Source of the DNA: Prasinococcaceae sp. CCMP 1430
Lineage: Eukaryota; Plantae; Prasinodermophyta
Length of the DNA stretch: 5,813 bases
Direction of reading: 5' to 3'
Assembly: GCA_013416795.1 (NCBI GenBank)
Contig: RQSC01000642.1
Span: 1 to 5,813 of the forward strand
In this document: positions 1 to 5,813 of the stretch, piece after piece
How the letters are laid out: every line of letters starts with the position of its first letter
Numbering within the stretch: the stretch's first letter is position 1
The notes under the pieces: model-generated
What the model was told of the DNA's origin: nothing
Databases searched by the model: none
Seen by the model: the letters and a program-made list of their open reading frames with translations, nothing else
Program-made: the position numbers and the translations under genes

Positions 1-35
1 TGGGGGGTACCTCCGGGGGTGGCAAGCGCATTGCC

Positions 36-779
36 ATGGGAGGGGCCGGTATGGGGGGCCACATCGCAGGGGATTTGGGTGGGCCATCGGGGAAGGGAAA
101 GGGGGTGGCCATGGCAGAGGAAAAGGCGGTGGATGAGGATGGTTGGGAGGACGAGGTGGGGTTTGATGACGGTGTTGAGGGGCAGGTGGCATGGGTGGAC
201 CGGCAGCAGCTCCCGCAGGAGGAGGGGGTTGTGTATGGGGACGGTGATAAGCTGCGGTTGCAAGCGGATATCAAATGCGCAAAGCATATGAACTATGTGT
301 ATGAGATTGTCCGATCCATCTTGCGCCGAACAGCAGGTGAGATGTACACTGGCTGGTGCCTGTTGGTGTTGTGGAGTCGGGGGGGGTGCGACGAACAGCC
401 CGCCCATGCGGACCTGACACCCGATATCAACGCATTTGAAAAGTTCCCCCCTTTCTCAGGCATCATCGCGGTGCAGCCTGGCACCAAGGTGGTTAGTTAC
501 AACCGCAGCCTGCAGAGGATAGGGTATCTTGAGGGGCTTGGTGTCATGATACATTGCGATGGCATTCAGAAGGAGGTGGTAACGTTAGATCCTGGGGATG
601 TCCTCATCTGGCATGGAGCCCACGTCCATGCCGGTGCAGCATACCCCGATGGTGATAACCGCCGCATATTCTTCAAGGCGGTGTGCCACACGAGACGGCG
701 TGGCACCCAGACAGTGAAAAACAGGGTTGTCCCCGTTTTTTTCAGGCATCCTGCACTTACTGCTCCATGCTCAATTTAG
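36..779 (+). CDS. 2OG-Fe(II) dioxygenase superfamily protein, PhyH-like; possibly 5'-partial (C-terminal domain of a longer protein)
   Basis: The 247-aa ORF has the HxD...H iron triad: Q-P-A-H124-A-D126 and L-D-P-G-D-V-L-I-W-H-G-A-H-V-H198-A-G. It is followed by N208-R-R on the final strand, where the 2OG-binding Arg normally lies. The frame has no stop back to position 3 (GGTSGGGKRIA-M), and the first ~65 aa are Gly-rich/acidic low complexity, so the true start may lie upstream of the window. Confidence 0.82.
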   Translation: MGGAGMGGHIAGDLGGPSGKGKGVAMAEEKAVDEDGWEDEVGFDDGVEGQVAWVDRQQLPQEEGVVYGDGDKLRLQADIKCAKHMNYVYEIVRSILRRTAGEMYTGWCLLVLWSRGGCDEQPAHADLTPDINAFEKFPPFSGIIAVQPGTKVVSYNRSLQRIGYLEGLGVMIHCDGIQKEVVTLDPGDVLIWHGAHVHAGAAYPDGDNRRIFFKAVCHTRRRGTQTVKNRVVPVFFRHPALTAPCSI

Positions 780-809
780 AGCAAGTAGAGGGGTTGCATC
801 GGACATGAC

Positions 810-1770
810 ATGTGGTATGGTTGGGCCACGGGAGGCCATGTTCATAGCCAATTAGTTGGGCCACATGGGATGCCATGAATCAAGTGCCCATGAATGCCCA
901 TGCCAGTTTCACAATTGATTAGTTGGGCCACATGGGGTGCCATTAATCAAGTGACCATGAATATCCTATATATTGTTTCAAGAATTAATTAGTTGGGCCA
1001 CATGGGGTGCCCTGAATGAAGTGGCCTTGAATGTCCATGCCATATGATAATGAAGTTGGGCCATGCACATGAGGTGAAACTGGGTGGCATGGGTGCCCCA
1101 CACTAGGCCACCATGTGGGCAAAGTGCTGGCTCAAAAGCATTAAAGCCGCAAGGACGGTCCACATGGTAAGGGTATTTAATACCGGTACCGCTAGGTAGA
1201 ATGCCATCTGGGTCAATGGTCAAGTGTGTAGATGAGTGCAACTGCATCAGAATGAGGTGAAACTGGGTGGCATGGGTGCCCCACACTAGGCCACCATGTG
1301 GGCAAAGTGCTGGCTCAAAAGCATTAAAGCCGCAAGGACGGTCCACATGGTAAGGGTATTTAATACCGGTACCGCTAGGTAGAATGCCATCTGGGTCAAT
1401 GGTCAAGTGTCTACAAGAGTGCAATTGGATCACCATGAATTCTTTCGTCCATGCCAGGTTCATAATTAATTGCCCCAGTTTCACAATATATTTATGGGGA
1501 CACAGGTCTGGGACGGCATTGACACAGTGACCATGAATTTGTCCATCCATGGATGCCCGTTTAAAACCAGTTTGTATCGACCTATATAATACACACGTGT
1601 GGGCCCACATGGGATGCCACGTCATAACGTGACCATTCATGAATGAATGTCCATACACATGTGCAACTAATTATTAATTTGTTGGCCCACACCCAGGATG
1701 CCATGTATCAAGGATAACCATTAGACTGTATGTCCATTAGCTATTTCATTAGTTGGGCCACATTGGATGA
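810..1770. repeat. Degenerate minisatellite, unit ~63-71 bp, approximate consensus ATTAGTTGGGCCACATGGGRTGCCATKAATCAAGTGNCCATGAATGYCCATGCCAGTTTCACAATT
   Basis: The core AGTTGGGCCA occurs at 854, 921, 991, 1054 and 1751 (spacings 67, 70 and 63 in the left block). Variants occur at 819-829, 1599-1620 and 1680-1690. Unit sub-motifs (CCATGAAT, CCAGTTTCACAAT) recur at 1430-1550. Confidence 0.87.
1069..1434. repeat. Two-copy tandem duplication, period 183 bp
   Basis: 1069-1227 is base-for-base identical to 1252-1410 (159 bp). The next 22 bp (1228-1249 vs 1411-1432) match at 17/22. Confidence 0.96.
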
Positions 1771-1880
1771 CGTGTTGAGCAATATTGTAGACCTTGAGCA
1801 ATGCAAGGCCTGCGTGAATTTCGCGGTATTATGAACATCTCCAGACTACAGCTGCTTTCGTTGTATTATGCACTGTCATC

Positions 1881-3056
1881 CTACACCCTCCTAGTGTAGG
1901 TACGCGGGTGGGGCGCGGCGTTACATTGTGCCCCTGGCGGGTTCTCTGGGCAAGGAAATGGAGAAAACGGCGCTGCATTGCAAAACAGCTTGGCCACTTC
2001 TGACATGCTGGGTAGCGTGAAATTAAGGGGGGCCCCGCCCCCACGCTTCGTGTGGTAGTGGACACGGTGACACAAGCCATGTAGCTGTGTATCTGCGGCA
2101 TTCACAAAGAGAGAGCGCCCCTTATGCCGGAACAAGTCTACCACCATTACAAGGAAGGCGTAAACATCATGCGCTGGGCGCGCTGTCACCATTCCTCCTG
2201 TCATCATGCCGGGCTGGTCAACTGTGTCAGGATGCCACCGAAGCTGGCGAGCCTGGCCACCCTGATGCATGTACACCCGTTCACCGTCTCTTGTCCCCAT
2301 GCCGAGATCTGCGATGCGTATTATCGGCTGTTGGCTTCCCGGCGCCAGTGTGTAAAGAAAGTTATCCAGCTTAACGTCATTGTGTAGAATGCGAACGGCG
2401 TGCAAGCCGGCCAACGCCTTGGCACAGTCTGCAAGGACGCTGGGTGAGCAGACTTCGAAAACACGCTCATGTTGCAGGGCATCACGGGCAGCGTGCAGGT
2501 CACCACTCATTCTCTCCATCACGATACCGCCTACTTCGCCGCAGGTGGACCAGAGCCCTTTGATTTCAGGGCAGACCATCGGGCCAGCTATAGACATTAA
2601 ACCGGCCTCCTTGGCCACTGCCACAACGGCCTGACGAACCGCATCCCGGTATTTGTTCAGCAGCGTGTCCCGGCGAAGGCTTGCCAGCTTGACCACAAGC
2701 GTGGCCTCACCACCTGCACTAGTCGAGCTATCAGGGATTACGTATATTGTGCCATGCGCGCCTCTGCCTATATAGTGACCTTCCAATCTAACTGCGGGGA
2801 ATTTGTCCAGCTTGTACGCGCTACGAGAAACCTCTTCATCATAGTCCGTGAGACGATTCAATGCGATGCTCCAATCCGAAGGGGCATCGGTTTGCAAGCC
2901 TGCGTCATCATTCTGTGTACGCGTCGAAGCATCGCGTTGCCGCTGTCTGTAAGTGGCGGCATTGAAAGCCTGGCGCGCTTTGAGTGCCTGGAGGGCTTCC
3001 GGCGATAAATCCTTCCTGTTCTTCGCTTTTTTTTTCCTCCGTGTGCAGCTGGACAT
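1881..3056 (-). CDS. Ser/Thr protein kinase (ePK-like fold, non-RD), uninterrupted ORF, with basic N-terminal extension
   Basis: The 391-aa ORF has a Gly loop G97-R-G-A-H-G102, beta3 LVVK123, alphaC E150, hinge IVMERM, catalytic loop H225-N-D227-V-K229-L-D-N232, D250-L-G (DFG equivalent), HPD (APE equivalent) and H-D297-V-Y-A-F (subdomain IX). The ATG context is ACG-ATG (A at -3), and there is an in-frame upstream stop at 3153-3155. Confidence 0.92.
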   Translation of the reverse strand: MSSCTRRKKKAKNRKDLSPEALQALKARQAFNAATYRQRQRDASTRTQNDDAGLQTDAPSDWSIALNRLTDYDEEVSRSAYKLDKFPAVRLEGHYIGRGAHGTIYVIPDSSTSAGGEATLVVKLASLRRDTLLNKYRDAVRQAVVAVAKEAGLMSIAGPMVCPEIKGLWSTCGEVGGIVMERMSGDLHAARDALQHERVFEVCSPSVLADCAKALAGLHAVRILHNDVKLDNFLYTLAPGSQQPIIRIADLGMGTRDGERVYMHQGGQARQLRWHPDTVDQPGMMTGGMVTARPAHDVYAFLVMVVDLFRHKGRSLFVNAADTQLHGLCHRVHYHTKRGGGAPLNFTLPSMSEVAKLFCNAAPFSPFPCPENPPGAQCNAAPHPRTYTRRV

Positions 3057-3297
3057 CGTGTTGGGTACGTGTAATCTGGAACTGGCAACTAAAATGCCAA
3101 TTAATCTGCTAGATGCTCGTGATGATCTGACCCGCGTGATATAGAATATGTTTTATTACATGCTCATGACTGACGTACTGTGCGTCCGGGCGCAGTCCTT
3201 GTATCATTCCTAAATATTATGCGGTTTGTATGCATTGGCAGCGGCGGGCCGACGGGTAGTATCTGATCCCATCAATAACGGTGTGATGTTTTGCCGG

Positions 3298-3343
3298 GCC
3301 GATGACGGGGAGATGACGGTGAATGACGAGCCGATGACGGGGA
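3298..3343. repeat. Short phased repeat cluster, 4x ATGACG (possible cis-regulatory sites or element subterminal repeats)
   Basis: ATGACG occurs at 3302, 3313, 3323 and 3334 (spacing 11/10/11). The 14-mer GCCGATGACGGGGA occurs at 3298 and 3330. Confidence 0.6.
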
Positions 3344-4122
3344 TGCTGAATAGGAACTCTTTCATACGCGAGGGCTAGTGGTCAATAGGTTGATGCTGTT
3401 GGTCCTAAAACACGGCCTGGTTATATCAAGGGCACCCGTGTGCCCGGGCCCCTGCGTGTGTTAGGGATTTAGTACTGATTCCGGGGAATAATTATGGGGA
3501 ATATAGCCCGGGGAACAAGAAATCCGTGCATCCCTAATTGTTTAGTACACCTACAGCCTACCTCGCCCCTCGGTAATGAAAAACCGTCCAAAACAACCCC
3601 GACGCGCGCCGATCCACGCAAACTAGGGAGTAAAAAGACGGACCGTACAGCAAGACTACGGCCTGATTACAATGGAAGAGTAATTCTTGCATCCGCCCCA
3701 TCCCTGTCTTGCGGGTGCGACGCAACGGCATGGCGCGGCGCGGCGCTGCGCTCGCGCGAGTGTTGCCTGGCTCGAGCCTGTTTTTGGCAACCCTAGCTCC
3801 GGATTGGACACCAACGAATGGGGCGTCGGACTGTCCAATCGGATGCTTCCTCGGGTTTCAGGAAAACATATATAAGAAGCCAAGCAATGATAGCTGCGCG
3901 AGGACACTCGAAGCAACGTCACGCTGCCAAAATGTTAACCTTGGCCGGGCAAGTTACGATCAAGGAGGCTGCAGTGTAATCGGTCGCGGCATCGAATCTA
4001 GGCACGGTCGGAAAAAAAAAGCATCGGCTACTATTTTCTCTGAAATGTTGGAAATAGCATACGTCGTCTCTGGTGGCGCTATCTACCTGCACCGGGTCCG
4101 GCTATCTCAAGACTCTTGACAG

Positions 4123-4189
4123 GTATTGTATATCAGTTTGTCGGAATAGGTTCTCACTATGTGCATTTGCAATAATCTTCCTATTCCAG
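4123..4189 (+). other. Putative spliceosomal intron (67 bp)
   Basis: CAG|GTATTG donor and TCTTCCTATTCCAG| pyrimidine-rich acceptor. An alternative AG lies at 4191-4192. Confidence 0.33.
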
Positions 4190-4323
4190 TAGGTTACTTG
4201 TGTTTGGCTTTTAAATGCTTAACTGTTTGACGACCTGGTGCCACTGGGGACAGGGCTATTCCCAAGTACTTAAGGCCCCCCCTTAATAAATGACTGGGTG
4301 CCCCACATCCATAAATTATTAAG

Positions 4324-4426
4324 GTGCGTCGAGCGACAAATCTATAAGGATATATGTGTAAAGTGTCTAACTGATTTACTGGAATTTGACCTTGTTTGCT
4401 TGCTTGAATATCATGCATATTTGCAG
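4324..4426 (+). other. Putative spliceosomal intron (103 bp)
   Basis: AAG|GTGCGT donor, CTAAC branch-like motif at 4367-4371, T-rich interior and TTTGCAG| acceptor. Confidence 0.45.
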
Positions 4427-4740
4427 ACTCAACGTTGGACATACCGCGCGGTCGTCCGGAAAATGGCGCACATGCATTGGGTGCAAGAGGTGGGTGTCAT
4501 CCAGTTGCGGCGGCCGGAGCAACCAATGCAGCGTACAGGGGGGCGTGTGGCAACGATTACCGTTCGGGCATGTCACGTTTACGATTGTGCAGTTGAGCCG
4601 GCGGGCGTTTCCAACACATGCAAGTTTTGAAAGTTGCGGCGTCCGCCGCATCTACTCACCATTTTGCGCCTGGATATTATGACGCTGTTGGTGAACTGAT
4701 ATATCCGCTCTTCCGGCGGTTGCCAATGTATATCTCATAG

Positions 4741-4823
4741 GTGTGCGCAATAGATTATTTTCACATTGCAAATCTAACGGATGCCTCCCAACGGACTGTT
4801 TCGCATGCTTTTCTCTGCCGCAG
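4741..4823 (+). other. Putative spliceosomal intron (83 bp), upstream of the 4885 ATG
   Basis: TAG|GTGTGC donor, CTAAC at 4774-4778 and CTTTTCTCTGCCGCAG| acceptor. Confidence 0.45.
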
Positions 4824-4884
4824 GGATTTGTGTGGAGTGGCGGAAAGAGGCGCAAAAAGTCGTTGGTGACTTGATGTGAACTGA

Positions 4885-5685
4885 ATGGCCGGAAGGGGGG
4901 GGGCTGGTGGGGACGCCGAGGGCGCTCCAACATGTGAAAACGAGCCACCGCTTGGCGCTCCATTGAGTGTCAAGTATATTGAAGTCAAGGGGTATGCAAT
5001 TGCGAATGAGCTTCTCCCAATCCTGAAGACACGCGTTGATGCCAACAATCACAAGAGTTCGGCAATGTCCAGGGAGGTTCTTTCGTGTGCGGCGTCGAGA
5101 CTGAATGAGTTGGTGGAGGAGAGCAAGGGCGTCAAGAAAAGGAAGGCCTACCCGGGCGAGCTACCAGACGATTGGGGCGACACCTTGAAGGAGAATTTTA
5201 AAAAGGCATTCGCGACGTTGGGAACTTCGGAGAAGGATCGCAAGTTAAAGTTTACCTTGTGTGGGATTCTTACGGAGAACATGGATGGTGTTTCGGGAAG
5301 GGAGTTGGAGCGCCAGTTTGGAATGAACAGGAATCTAGTCGCGAAGGTTAGGGGTAATCGTGACGGAAAGGAGGAAGGAGAGGAGGCGCTGGTACTGGAT
5401 GCTCCGGATAGGAGAAAGAGGAGCGATGAGACGCCACCGGATATTATTGCCAAGATTCAAAGTGTTTGGAGGGACGATAATTACACGAGGGTATCGCCGA
5501 ACCGTAAGGATGTTTATTGCGAGTACGCGAGGAAAGCATACCAGAATATCCCGACGTTTCAGGAGGGTGCGCGCTATTACACGATTTCGAAGGCGAAGCT
5601 TTACGAAGTGTTTATTGCACCGCATCCAGAGAGAAGACCGCCTCAAAGCCGACAGAAGACCCAACGACACCGACCGCTGGAATGA
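4885..5685 (+). pseudogene. Truncated DNA-transposon-like protein (HTH-containing N-terminal half; catalytic DDE/D region absent)
   Basis: The 266-aa purine-rich ORF has a basic KKRK patch and an HTH-like SGRELERQFGMNRNLVAKVR (aa137-156, nt 5293-5352). It then has R-K-R-S-D...W...T-R-V-S-P-N-R-K-D-V...K-L-Y-E-V-F...H-P. From memory this motif string resembles N-terminal regions of cut-and-paste transposon proteins (possibly Sola-like); the family is not verified. After H247-P-E (nt ~5631) the sequence becomes low-complexity and stops. An in-frame TGA sits immediately before the ATG. Confidence 0.55.
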
Positions 5686-5813
5686 AGCGGAACACGCTGG
5701 AGCTGTTGGTCCCGTCCACCACCTTGATGCCGTCCACCTCAACGCCAAAGTCCGCCCCGCTGGCCAAGCTCTCCATCAGGTACCTGTAACCACACACCCG
5801 GCATTGGCCACGC
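5612..5813 (-). CDS. Coding-like fragment or exon of unknown product entering from the right edge
   Basis: The - frame is open from the window end: RGQCRVCGYRYLMESLASGADFGVEVDGIKVVDGTNSSSVFRFIPA... Between ~5783 and ~5675 nearly all codons end in G/C and are mostly purine-initial (GAG GTG GAC GGC ATC AAG GTG GTG GAC). TTACAG| at 5789-5784 could be an intron acceptor. The last residues (..LDAVQ*) are read-through into the antisense strand of the transposon-like ORF. Confidence 0.42.
   Translation of the reverse strand, partial: RGQCRVCGYRYLMESLASGADFGVEVDGIKVVDGTNSSSVFRFIPAVGVVGSSVGFEAVFSLDAVQ

Noticed and set aside
978-1658. 226-aa - strand ORF with a 61-aa internal repeat
   Set aside because: It lies wholly within the minisatellite. 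The repeat follows from the 183-bp duplication being a multiple of 3, and the His/Met richness follows from CATG content. There is no recognisable domain.
810-1770. CRISPR-like repeat/spacer appearance (conserved core every ~70 bp)
   Set aside because: The inter-core sequences are homologous to each other rather than unique spacers, the cores are degenerate, no cas genes are present, and the context appears eukaryotic.
2087-3144. Several short ORFs overlapping the kinase (2087..2374, 2124..2387, 2321..2506, 2380..2634, 2754..3008, 2858..3088, 2953..3144)
   Set aside because: These are antisense or alternate-frame shadows of a GC-rich real gene, with no motifs.
3430-3445. GGGCAC-ccgt-GTGCCC hairpin
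   Set aside because: The 6-bp stem has no U-tract and no nearby CTRR, and is expected by chance in GC-rich sequence.
3762-3797. Hairpin followed by CTAG as a Helitron 3' end
   Set aside because: The stem is only 6 bp with an 18-nt loop, CTAG is only 1 nt after the stem (it starts at 3793), and the next base is C rather than the T expected from A|T insertion.
3455-3800. Scattered TTAGGG/CCCTAA/AACCCTA telomere-like hexamers
   Set aside because: They are isolated single copies, not tandem.
3494-4119. ORFs 3494..3796, 3656..3922, 3687..3875 and 3709..4119
   Set aside because: They start mostly at non-ATG codons or lie in the GC-rich patch, are Arg/Ala/Pro-biased, and show no domains or codon bias.
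4270-4286. TTAA-GGCCCCCCC-TTAA as a piggyBac/Sola3-type footprint; near-inverted match to 2022-2034
   Set aside because: It is too short and low-complexity, and the match at 2022-2034 lies inside the kinase coding sequence.
4295-4307. 13-mer TGGGTGCCCCACA shared with 1090-1102 and 1273-1285
   Set aside because: About one such match is expected by chance in a window this size, and there is no flanking similarity.
5517-5789. + strand 90-aa ORF with high GC3 in its 3' half; CAG|GTACCT donor-like site at 5777-5785
   Set aside because: It shares third positions with the - strand frame and gives an S/T/P/L-rich antisense-type product. The donor-like site arises because CAGGTACCTG (5777-5786) is a palindrome.

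Overview
This window looks eukaryotic (possibly algal) and repeat/mobile-element-rich. I see no operon structure, Shine-Dalgarno pattern, RNA gene or CRISPR array. From left to right it contains: (1) a 2-oxoglutarate/Fe(II) dioxygenase of the PhyH-like class (+, 36..779), whose frame stays open to the left edge; (2) a ~950 bp degenerate ~65-70 bp minisatellite (810..1770) with a CpG-free stretch, inverted sub-units and a perfect 159 bp internal duplication; (3) an uninterrupted non-RD Ser/Thr protein kinase with a basic N-terminal extension (-, 1881..3056), converging with the dioxygenase on the repeat; (4) a 1.8 kb divergent intergenic region with a helically phased ATGACG cluster, a CpG-dense palindromic patch and three intron-like segments on the + strand; (5) an HTH-containing ORF resembling the N-terminal half of a DNA-transposon protein (+, 4885..5685), which appears cut off near 5632; (6) a GC3-rich coding-like fragment on the - strand at the right edge that abuts the truncated ORF tail-to-tail. 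The best overall hypothesis is a cargo-carrying mobile element or endogenous-virus-like region. No termini or target-site duplications are visible in the window, so this remains inference.
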